Shown: positions 1-8,016 of the stretch, piece after piece
Position numbering within the stretch: position 1 is the stretch's first letter
How the letters are laid out: every line of letters begins with the position of its first letter
NCBI GenBank assembly: GCA_902516065.1
Contig: CABXXB010000001.1
Span: 1-60,760, forward strand
DNA: 60,760 nt
Reading direction: 5' to 3'
Origin: an uncultured Pelagibacteraceae bacterium
GTDB lineage: Bacteria > Pseudomonadota > Alphaproteobacteria > Pelagibacterales > Pelagibacteraceae
The notes under the pieces: model-generated
What the model was told of the DNA's origin: nothing
The model's input: only the letters and a program-made list of their open reading frames with translations
The model's database searches: none
Program-made: the position numbers and the translations under genes

Positions 1-2
1 AG

Positions 3-170
3 GCATTTTATTCTATAAATGATAAAAAAAATTTAAAACAAAATATTAAAAGATTTTTATCTTCTAAAAATTTAAGTTTTTTAGAAGTAAAGATTGCTAA
101 TAGTAAAATTAAAAATTTACCAAGACCAACAAACTTGATCAAAATAAAAGATCAATTTATAAAAAAATGA
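3..170 (+). CDS. 3' end of probable phosphonopyruvate decarboxylase (ThDP-dependent), partial
   Basis: Open frame from the window edge reads ...SFLEVKIANSKIKNLPRPTNLIKIKDQFIKK*, resembling the Ppd/AepY C-terminus (FLEVK...L.RP...K..F). Its stop overlaps the next ATG (ATGA). Phosphonate-related neighbours. Confidence 0.6.
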   Translation, partial: AFYSINDKKNLKQNIKRFLSSKNLSFLEVKIANSKIKNLPRPTNLIKIKDQFIKK

Positions 171-1270
171 TTACAAAATTTGGCTCATATATACGAGAAA
201 GACGAATAAGTGCTGGTTTGGGTCAAAGAGAATTAGCAAAAAAAATTGGGATAGCGGCATCTTATTTGAATGACATTGAAAAAAATAAAAGATCAGCACC
301 TAAAAATGAAATCATAAAAAAAATATCAACAATCTTAAAAGTAGATTTAGATTTACTAAATGACTTAGTTGGAACTTCCAAAAAAACATTACCTCCTGAT
401 ATAATTGATTATTTAGAAAAAAATCCTAAAATCATATCATTAATTAGATCAGCCAAAAATAATAAGCTCAAAGATATTGAATTTGATAAAATTGAAGAGT
501 CTATAAACAAATCTAAAACTAAATGTTTAATAGTTGCAGCAGGACTTGGAAGTAGACTTAAAGGACATACAGAAAATAACCCTAAATGTATGTTAGATTT
601 TGGAGGTAAAACCTTATTACAAAGACAATTATCTTCCTATAAAGATAATGGGATAAAAGATATTTCACTTATAAGAGGATATAAAAAAAATAAAATAAAT
701 TATAAAGGAATTAAATATTTTGATAATAATGATTACAAAAACAATAATATACTAAATTCAATTTTTTATGGTGAAGAAGTTATTAATGGTAATATTATAA
801 TCTCTTATTCTGATATTTTATTTGAACCTTTTGTAGTAAAAAGAGCAATGGAGTCTGATCATGATATTTCTGTTGTAGTAGATGTTGAGTGGCGTGATTA
901 TTATATCGGTAGAAAAGATCATCCTTTATCTGAAGCAGAAAATGTTATCTTTAATTCCAATAACGAGGTCGTTAAAATTGGAAAAATAGCATCCGAAAAA
1001 GAAGAGGTTCACGGTGAATTTATTGGAATGATAAAATTAAATCATCGAGGATGTGAAATTTTAAAACAAAACTTTCATCGTGTTAAAAAACTATACTGGA
1101 ATAAACCCTTTCAAAGAGCAAAAATTTTTCAAAAAGCATATTTAACTGATATGATTCAAGAACTTGTTGATATAGGCATCAAAGTTCATTGTGTAATCAT
1201 TGAAAGAGGATGGAAAGAAATTGATACTGTAGAAGACTATAAAAAATCTTTGATCGACTTTAATCGATAA
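167..1270 (+). CDS. XRE-family HTH fused to LicC/PntC-like NTP-transferase (probable phosphonate/phosphocholine cytidylyltransferase)
   Basis: N-terminal HTH (LGQRELAKKIGIAASYLNDIEKNKR), then IVAAGLGSRL..PKCML, YSDILF, GEFIG and WKEIDTVEDY nucleotidyltransferase motifs. Confidence 0.8.
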   Translation: MITKFGSYIRERRISAGLGQRELAKKIGIAASYLNDIEKNKRSAPKNEIIKKISTILKVDLDLLNDLVGTSKKTLPPDIIDYLEKNPKIISLIRSAKNNKLKDIEFDKIEESINKSKTKCLIVAAGLGSRLKGHTENNPKCMLDFGGKTLLQRQLSSYKDNGIKDISLIRGYKKNKINYKGIKYFDNNDYKNNNILNSIFYGEEVINGNIIISYSDILFEPFVVKRAMESDHDISVVVDVEWRDYYIGRKDHPLSEAENVIFNSNNEVVKIGKIASEKEEVHGEFIGMIKLNHRGCEILKQNFHRVKKLYWNKPFQRAKIFQKAYLTDMIQELVDIGIKVHCVIIERGWKEIDTVEDYKKSLIDFNR

Positions 1271-1302
1271 TTTAACAAAAACTTAATAATAATTCCCTTT
1301 AA

Positions 1303-1345
1303 TGTTCGCTAAATAATGTATATATAATTAACTTGTTTGCGAACA
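1303..1345. promoter_or_regulatory. Inverted repeat TGTTCGC-N29-GCGAACA flanking a TATAAT upstream of phnD; candidate operator/promoter
   Basis: Arms at 1303-1309 and 1339-1345; TATAAT at 1323-1328. Confidence 0.35.
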
Positions 1346-1372
1346 GAGTTAATGGTAACAAAAGGATAAATT

Positions 1373-2227
1373 ATGATAAAAAAATACATATTTTTAATAT
1401 TTTTAGTTTTATTCACTGGAAATTTAAAAGCAGAAACAAAAACTTACAAAATGGTGTTTGTACCTGCAAGTGAAAAGGGTGATGAAAGCGATTACACAAG
1501 TTTAATTTCAATTACTGAAAAACTTACAGGTTTTAATATAGATACAATAAAAGTAACTGATTATAACGCAGCTGTTGAGGCGATGAGGGCAGGTAGGGCT
1601 CATATCGCTTGGTATGGAGGAAAAACATATGTTAAGGCTGCTGAGATTGCCAATGCAGAAGCTTTTGCAGCAGGAGTAAGACCTGGTGAAAAAGATGCAG
1701 GTTATTATACTTATTTTGTTGTCAAAAAAGATAGCGTGTTAAAAGAATTTAATGATGTTAAAGGTAAAATTTTATCTTTAAATACAATTGGTTCAACAAG
1801 TGGTGATTTAATTCCTCAAGTAGAATTAAGTAAAATTAATCTTTCAATTAAAAACAAAGAACATTTTGATAAAGTTTATTATGCTGGAAGTCATGATGCA
1901 TGTTTATTAGCAGTATTAAATAATCAATCAGATGTTTGTGGAATGAGTTCTAGAAATTTTGAGGCAAGATTAGCTGATGGAACTTTTAAAAAAGAGGATG
2001 TCAGGATTATACATAAGTCGGATAGAGTTCCACCACCACCATTAGCTTATTCTAAAATGATCCCAAAAGAAGATAGAGATAAAATAAAAAAAGCTGTCCT
2101 AGAAGCTCATCAGCATGGTGAAATAGGTGGATATGGTGGAAAGATGTCTCATTATATGGAAGTTAAAGATTCTGACTATAACGTTCTAAGAGAAGTTATT
2201 GAATTATTAAATAAGAATAAAAGTTAA
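1373..2227 (+). CDS. phnD: Phosphonate/phosphite ABC transporter substrate-binding protein
   Basis: Signal peptide; DYNAAVEAMRAG, STSG and GSHDA motifs; operon with ATPase and permease. Confidence 0.88.
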   Translation: MIKKYIFLIFLVLFTGNLKAETKTYKMVFVPASEKGDESDYTSLISITEKLTGFNIDTIKVTDYNAAVEAMRAGRAHIAWYGGKTYVKAAEIANAEAFAAGVRPGEKDAGYYTYFVVKKDSVLKEFNDVKGKILSLNTIGSTSGDLIPQVELSKINLSIKNKEHFDKVYYAGSHDACLLAVLNNQSDVCGMSSRNFEARLADGTFKKEDVRIIHKSDRVPPPPLAYSKMIPKEDRDKIKKAVLEAHQHGEIGGYGGKMSHYMEVKDSDYNVLREVIELLNKNKS

Positions 2228-2242
2228 ATTTATAGGACCGCA

Positions 2243-2965
2243 ATGCTTGAAATAAATGATCTTAAAAAAACTTTTGATAATGGCAGCCCTGCTTTAAAGG
2301 GTGTTAATTTAAAAATTAATAAAGGAGAATTTGTAAGCATTTTAGGACCAAGTGGCTCAGGTAAAACAACATTGTTAAGAACCATTAATGGTCTTGAATC
2401 CTCAAGTGGAGGAGAAATTTATTTTGATAATCAAATAGTAAATAACAATACTATTCCAGAAGTTCAAAAAAAAACTGGAATGATTTTTCAAGAATTTAAT
2501 CTAGTAAACAATCTATCTGCAATAAATAACGTCTTAACTGGTCTATTAAATTCAAGTAATAAATTCTTATCTTTATTTTATCTATTTAAAAAAACTCAAA
2601 AAATTGAAGCTTTAAAATCCTTAAAAACAGTTGGCTTACTTGAAAAATCTTATAATAGATCTGATGAATTATCTGGTGGTCAAAGACAAAGAGTTGGAAT
2701 TGCAAGAGCCATCATTAAGAGACCATTGTTATTATTAGCTGATGAACCTGTTGCTAGTTTAGATCCTAAGGCTGCAAATTTAATTTTATCTTTGTTAAAG
2801 AAAATCAATAAAGAGTTTGGAACAACAATTCTGTGCAATCTTCATCAAGTAGATCTAGCAAAAAAATACTCAGATAGATTAGTAGGTCTTTTGGATGGTA
2901 AAATCATATTTGATGAAAAATCTGAAAATATTAACAAAACTAATTTAGAAAAAATATACGTTTAA
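2243..2965 (+). CDS. phnC: Phosphonate ABC transporter ATPase
   Basis: GPSGSGKT, LSGGQRQRV, LADEPVASLDP and NLHQV, typical of PhnC. Confidence 0.9.
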   Translation: MLEINDLKKTFDNGSPALKGVNLKINKGEFVSILGPSGSGKTTLLRTINGLESSSGGEIYFDNQIVNNNTIPEVQKKTGMIFQEFNLVNNLSAINNVLTGLLNSSNKFLSLFYLFKKTQKIEALKSLKTVGLLEKSYNRSDELSGGQRQRVGIARAIIKRPLLLLADEPVASLDPKAANLILSLLKKINKEFGTTILCNLHQVDLAKKYSDRLVGLLDGKIIFDEKSENINKTNLEKIYV

Positions 2966-2966
2966 A

Positions 2967-3794
2967 ATGGAAAAGAAAATTTTACAGCTTAAAATTAACA
3001 ATAAAGACAAGGATTTTGAGAGTTATTTAAGACCCCAATGGTCTTGGAAAACTCTTGTTACTATAGCCATATTTAGCTTTGTTTTAATATTTGTCGTTAA
3101 GGATCTAGAGATTGATTTTATTAAATTATTAACAGATTCTTCAAAATATTTTGGAGACATCTTATCTAGAATGCTTCCACCCGATTTTAGTAATTTGAAT
3201 GAATTAATTTATGCAATGTTTGAGACTATTGAAATCGCTTTCCTTGGTACTTTCACTGCAATAGTTTTATCGATTCCACTTGGATTATTTTCAGCAAGAA
3301 ATTTGGCTCCTAATTATTTTATTTATCTTGTCTGTAAAACAATTGTTATATTCTTTAGAGCGATCCCAGAATTTATTATTGCTATGATTTTAGTTATAGC
3401 GATTGGATTTGGAGCTATGCCCGGTGTACTTGCATTAGGATTACATACGATGGGATTTTTAGCAAAATTTTATGCAGAGGATATTGAACATATAAACAAA
3501 GGACCAATCGATGCTCTTAAATCTTCTGGAGCAACTAAAAGTCAAATCATATCATTTGGAGTTATCCCTCAAATCTTACCTTCTTTTGTTGCAAATAATT
3601 TATATATTTTAGATAGAAATGTAAGGATGGCTACAATGTTAGGTATCGTAGGAGCAGGTGGTATCGGATATGAACTACAATCTTCATTTAGAATGTTTGA
3701 ATATGAAAGAGTTTCAGCAATAATAATTCTTATATTTGTAACGATCTTTATAATAGATCATTTATCTGCATTTATTAGATCTAAAATAAAATAA
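2967..3794 (+). CDS. phnE: Phosphonate ABC transporter permease
   Basis: ETIEIAFLGT, RAIPE and NVRMATMLGIVGAGGIG PhnE motifs. Confidence 0.9.
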   Translation: MEKKILQLKINNKDKDFESYLRPQWSWKTLVTIAIFSFVLIFVVKDLEIDFIKLLTDSSKYFGDILSRMLPPDFSNLNELIYAMFETIEIAFLGTFTAIVLSIPLGLFSARNLAPNYFIYLVCKTIVIFFRAIPEFIIAMILVIAIGFGAMPGVLALGLHTMGFLAKFYAEDIEHINKGPIDALKSSGATKSQIISFGVIPQILPSFVANNLYILDRNVRMATMLGIVGAGGIGYELQSSFRMFEYERVSAIIILIFVTIFIIDHLSAFIRSKIK

Positions 3795-3836
3795 TTTATT
3801 TATTGATTATTATATGATTATGAAGATCATGTAATC

Positions 3837-4181
3837 ATGTTTGTATTTAAAATTTCAGGATACTTATATTTATTTTTTGCAATAATATTAGGTATTGCCT
3901 CAAATGGTTTATTAAAAACAACAAATGGTTTCACAAACTTGATGCCAACAATATTTTGTATAGTTTCAATTGTGCTTTGTATTTTTTGCTTATCTAAAGT
4001 TATGATTTTAATTCCTGTTGGATTTGCTTATGCAACTTATGGAGGTTTAACTATAACTGCGGTGACAATTTTTGGTATTTTAAAATATAATCAATTTCCA
4101 AATGCACTTGGTTTAATTGGTCTAGTATTTATTGTTTTAGGAGTGATTATGGTTAATTATTTTGGAAAAATTAACCCTTAA
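3837..4181 (+). CDS. SMR (EmrE/QacE-like) small multidrug transporter
   Basis: 114 aa with 4 TM; LKTTNGFT and IPVGFAYATYGG pattern. Confidence 0.75.
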   Translation: MFVFKISGYLYLFFAIILGIASNGLLKTTNGFTNLMPTIFCIVSIVLCIFCLSKVMILIPVGFAYATYGGLTITAVTIFGILKYNQFPNALGLIGLVFIVLGVIMVNYFGKINP

Positions 4182-4198
4182 AATATCTTTAAAATTAA

Positions 4199-4531
4199 AT
4201 GATTAAAAAATTATATTCCAATTTGATCAATTCTTTAAATGGTTTAAAAATCGTTTTTAAAGAAAATTCTTTTATTTTAGAGCTAGTATTAGGTTTTTTT
4301 TTAATTCCTTATATCTTTTTATCAAATATAGATTTTAACTATAAGATTATATTATCAGTCTTGTATTTTCTGTTACTAGCTTTTGAAATAATGAATACTG
4401 CTATAGAAAAACTATGTGATAAAATAACAACAGATCTAGATCCAAAGATCAAAAATATTAAAGACTTATCAAGTGCTGCTGTTTTTATTGTTTTGTTAAT
4501 TTTAATAGTATTTTTTTTAATTACAATTTGA
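4199..4531 (+). CDS. dgkA: Diacylglycerol kinase
   Basis: NSLNGL..E, EIMNTAIEKLCD and KDLSSAAV motifs. Confidence 0.85.
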   Translation: MIKKLYSNLINSLNGLKIVFKENSFILELVLGFFLIPYIFLSNIDFNYKIILSVLYFLLLAFEIMNTAIEKLCDKITTDLDPKIKNIKDLSSAAVFIVLLILIVFFLITI

Positions 4532-4550
4532 ATTAATTGATTTGTTTTTT

Positions 4551-4580
4551 ATGGCCGTGTTAAATAATTAACACGACCAT
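4551..4580. terminator. Hairpin between convergent genes (possible terminator)
   Basis: ATGGCCGTGTTAA / TTAACACGACCAT arms with one mismatch; no clean U-tract on either strand. Confidence 0.45.
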
Positions 4581-4590
4581 ACAGATTTAT

Positions 4591-5556
4591 TTAAAACCAA
4601 TTATTTGGAATGATTATGTAGTGAATTGCCAATACAATTCCAACTGAAACACTTAATCCAAAGATCATTTTAAGAAAGTCTTTACCAATTAATGGAAAGA
4701 CATACTTAAATTTATAGTCTTTGTTCATTGTTGAAATTGCAAGTTCTCTACCACACAATAAACCAACAAATACCCAAGTTGTAGACATAGGTAAGTCGTT
4801 TAGTTCTTTAAAGTAAAATAGAACTGCAGCATAAATTACATTGATAATTGTAGCTGATCTTGCATATCTAGTTCCAGTTTTTTCCAAAACTACTGTTTGT
4901 ATACGTCCACCTTGAATGTAGAAAATGTAAAATAACAGAACAGTAAAATATGCCATTACAGTTAGCAGTATTGTGATATCAAGTTGTCTTGGCAGATATA
5001 CAGCGATGTTTGCTACATCGTGAGATAACCAAACCCACCATAGCCAACCTGAAGTAACCCATACTGAGTTTCTCCAAAAGCCTATATACTTTTCATCAAC
5101 TTCATCTAATTTTTCATTGATAAATTTTGATACAACAATCCAAGCAATATAAGCAACCATTGCAGCCAAACCATAACCAACTACACTTTTTAGCAACATC
5201 TTTTCAAGCACCACTGTTGAAGCAAATGCTGAAAGAACTAAAAAGGTTGTTGATACGGGTATACCTACTCTTGTTAATAATAAGAGTATTGCAGGCGCTA
5301 CTGCATGATACCATTGAATTTCTTGATAAGGTATTCTAGTTAATCTTCCATATGAAATATCACCATCATACGCATACCATCCCCATGCTAAAGCTAAAAT
5401 CATTACACTAGAGGCTGATCCTGCAAGTACATACCATTTAAACCACTTCTTTTTTGAAGCTATAAATGTACCAAGTGTTTGAATTGAGTCGTTAGCGATT
5501 ACACTATAACCGGCAAGGGCAAACCCTATAACCGTATAGATTAAAGTCATTTCCAT
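4591..5556 (-). CDS. Divergent PiT/PHO4-fold membrane transporter
   Basis: Two internal repeats with PiT-like motifs: IANDS...GIPVSTT and SHDVAN...LPMSTT; multi-TM; SD AAGGAG upstream. Confidence 0.6.
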   Translation of the reverse strand: MEMTLIYTVIGFALAGYSVIANDSIQTLGTFIASKKKWFKWYVLAGSASSVMILALAWGWYAYDGDISYGRLTRIPYQEIQWYHAVAPAILLLLTRVGIPVSTTFLVLSAFASTVVLEKMLLKSVVGYGLAAMVAYIAWIVVSKFINEKLDEVDEKYIGFWRNSVWVTSGWLWWVWLSHDVANIAVYLPRQLDITILLTVMAYFTVLLFYIFYIQGGRIQTVVLEKTGTRYARSATIINVIYAAVLFYFKELNDLPMSTTWVFVGLLCGRELAISTMNKDYKFKYVFPLIGKDFLKMIFGLSVSVGIVLAIHYIIIPNNWF

Positions 5557-5721
5557 TCTTTATCTCCTTTATATTATTGTTTTCGGTTCCTATCGATTCA
5601 TGACTTAAGGAGTATGTAATCTGAGACGGAAAATAATTCTATATATAAATTTATTGAATTGTGAATTAGGGGGTGGATTCGTCAACATCTAAACTAATTA
5701 AGATTAAAGTCTACTTTAAAA

Positions 5722-5943
5722 TTAAAATACAACCTTATAAATTCCAATTAAGAACAATGGTATTTGTAGACCAAAGTTAGTAAGTATCGCCTTATCTTTG
5801 CTAATAAATCCTGCGATAGTCCATCCAACAACACCTAATCCATGAAAGTATATATTTAAAGGATATATATTTAGGTTTGTTAATAGAATACCAACTAATA
5901 CTAGAAATGTACTTATCCATTTAAGATATTTCTTAATAAACAT
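5722..5943 (-). CDS. Small hypothetical membrane protein (DUF6552-like)
   Basis: 73 aa hydrophobic; YPLNI...GW...D.A pattern; SD GGAG upstream. Confidence 0.6.
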   Translation of the reverse strand: MFIKKYLKWISTFLVLVGILLTNLNIYPLNIYFHGLGVVGWTIAGFISKDKAILTNFGLQIPLFLIGIYKVVF

Positions 5944-5987
5944 TAATTCTCCTTTCAGCTTATTTTATTTAGATTTTAGATAATAAC

Positions 5988-6371
5988 TTATCTACACTTT
6001 TTACATAATCCAAAAAACTCAAGATTGTATTTACTATATTTCATACCATCTTTGTCTTTGAAATTAGTTAAATATTTAGAAAGGCTTGCACTGCTAATTT
6101 CTGTAACTTTTTCACAAATTTCACAGATTGAAAATGCAGTGGCTTTTGATACCTGACAGCTTGAATTATGACATGCAATAAAGGCATTTCTACTTTCAAT
6201 TTTATGAATTTTTCCTATTTCAACTAGTTTATCTAATGCTCGATAAACTTGTAATGGGGCTTTAATACCTTTTTTTTGAACATTATGTAGTATTGAATAA
6301 GCTTTCATTGGCTCAGTTGATTTATTAATTAAATCAAAAACTATTTGCTGATTTTTTGAAAGAGTTTGCAT
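5988..6371 (-). CDS. zur: Zinc uptake regulator (Fur family)
   Basis: VYRALDKL, HKIESRNAFIAC, two CxxC; directly downstream of znuCB. Confidence 0.85.
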   Translation of the reverse strand: MQTLSKNQQIVFDLINKSTEPMKAYSILHNVQKKGIKAPLQVYRALDKLVEIGKIHKIESRNAFIACHNSSCQVSKATAFSICEICEKVTEISSASLSKYLTNFKDKDGMKYSKYNLEFFGLCKKCR

Positions 6372-6395
6372 TTTATTTATTCTACTGATTCCTCA

Positions 6396-7199
6396 TTAAT
6401 TTTTCAATTTAATCGATTGTTTTATATTTAGTAATGACAAGATAAATAAGAATAAAGAAGCTGCTATAATTGAAGGTCCAGATGCAGTGTTAAATTCCAA
6501 TGAAGAAAATAATCCTAAAATCACAGATAATAATCCACCAAAAATTGAATACATCACCATTTTTTGAGGACTTGATGAAATATTTCTAGCCATTGCAGCT
6601 GGTATAATTAACATTCCTGTAATTAATAATAATCCAACCATTTTAATTGATATAGCAATTATCCCAGCCATTAAGATCGTAAAAATTACCTTGGCTCTAT
6701 CAGGATTTAAACCTTCTGCTTCAGCTAATTCATAGTTAACTGTTGACGCAAATAAAGGTTTCCAAATTAATCTTAAAACTAATAAAATTAAAGCTCCACC
6801 AACCCAAATAATTAAAATATCTTTAACTGTCACCGCTAATATATCTCCAAATAATAATCCCATAATATCAAATCTGATAAATGATAAAAAACCAATAACA
6901 ACAAGTCCAACCGCCAATGATGAATGGGCCAAAAGACCTAACAAGGCATCACCTGGCAAGTTTGTTCGTTTTTGAAGATGTATTAATGTTAAAGCAATTA
7001 ATGCAGAAATTATAAATACCGACAGCGCAATGTTAAACTCCATAGAGTAAGCGAGAGTAACTCCAAGTAATGCAGAGTGGGAGAGGGTATCACCAAAATA
7101 TGATAGTCTTCTCCATATAACAAAACATCCAAGGGGTCCTGTCACAATTGCAACCCCAAGTCCTGCTATTAAAGCTCTTATAAAAAAATCATCCAACAT
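6396..7199 (-). CDS. znuB: Zinc ABC transporter permease
   Basis: GPLGCFVIWRRLSYFGDTLSHSALLG and LLFGDIL. Confidence 0.92.
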   Translation of the reverse strand: MLDDFFIRALIAGLGVAIVTGPLGCFVIWRRLSYFGDTLSHSALLGVTLAYSMEFNIALSVFIISALIALTLIHLQKRTNLPGDALLGLLAHSSLAVGLVVIGFLSFIRFDIMGLLFGDILAVTVKDILIIWVGGALILLVLRLIWKPLFASTVNYELAEAEGLNPDRAKVIFTILMAGIIAISIKMVGLLLITGMLIIPAAMARNISSSPQKMVMYSIFGGLLSVILGLFSSLEFNTASGPSIIAASLFLFILSLLNIKQSIKLKN

Positions 7200-7946
7200 T
7201 TAATTTTTCTTTATTTCACCTTCACTAGTATGAATATGATCGTGTCTATGTTCGTATCTTGATAAAATTTGAGAGGCTTGTTCACCAAATAAAGCTTTAT
7301 ATTCGTTATTTTTTGCAACATCCATGGGAGAACCTGAGCAACATACATGACCGTTTAAACAAACAACATAATCTGTAGCACTCATTACAGTATGTAAGTC
7401 GTGAGAAATTAATAATATTCCACAGTTTAATTCATCTGAAATTTTTTTGATTAGTTCGTACAGAGCGATTTCACCAGTGAAATCTACTCCTTGAACTGGT
7501 TCATCTAGTACTAATAATTCTGGTTTTTTTGAAATAGCTCTTGCAAGTAATACTCTTTGAAATTCTCCACCAGATAAATCACCCAAATTTTTATTTTTTA
7601 GATGGTTAACACCAGTTAATGATAAAGCTTCATCAATTGTTTCCTCATTAAGATTTTCAGTAAGTACCATAAAATCATATACTCTTAAGGGTAATGTCCA
7701 ATCAATTGAAATTTTTTGAGGAACATATCCAATTTTATCTGTATTTTTTTCTACAGAGCCCTCAATTTTTTTATAAATACCTAGAGCAATTTTAGCAGTT
7801 GTACTTTTTCCAGATCCATTAGGACCAATAAGAGTAACTATTTTACTTTTTTCAACTTGTAATGATACTCCTTTGACTAACCATTTATCATTTATTTGAA
7901 AACCAGCATCTTTCAATTTAACTAAAATATTTTTATTAGAGCTCAT
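7200..7946 (-). CDS. znuC: Zinc ABC transporter ATPase
   Basis: GPNGSGKST, YVPQK, LSGGEFQR, CLNGHVCCSG and a His-rich tail. Confidence 0.92.
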   Translation of the reverse strand: MSSNKNILVKLKDAGFQINDKWLVKGVSLQVEKSKIVTLIGPNGSGKSTTAKIALGIYKKIEGSVEKNTDKIGYVPQKISIDWTLPLRVYDFMVLTENLNEETIDEALSLTGVNHLKNKNLGDLSGGEFQRVLLARAISKKPELLVLDEPVQGVDFTGEIALYELIKKISDELNCGILLISHDLHTVMSATDYVVCLNGHVCCSGSPMDVAKNNEYKALFGEQASQILSRYEHRHDHIHTSEGEIKKN

Positions 7947-7966
7947 TTTATTCCTTGACTAATATT

Positions 7967-7999
7967 TGTTATATTATTACATAGTGTTATATTATAACA
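7967..7999. promoter_or_regulatory. Two tandem Zur boxes
   Basis: TGTTATATTATTACA (7967-7981) and TGTTATATTATAACA (7985-7999) match the TGTTAT-N3-ATAACA palindrome, between divergent znuC and znuA. Confidence 0.8.
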
Positions 8000-8016
8000 A
8001 TTTAAATACACAACAT

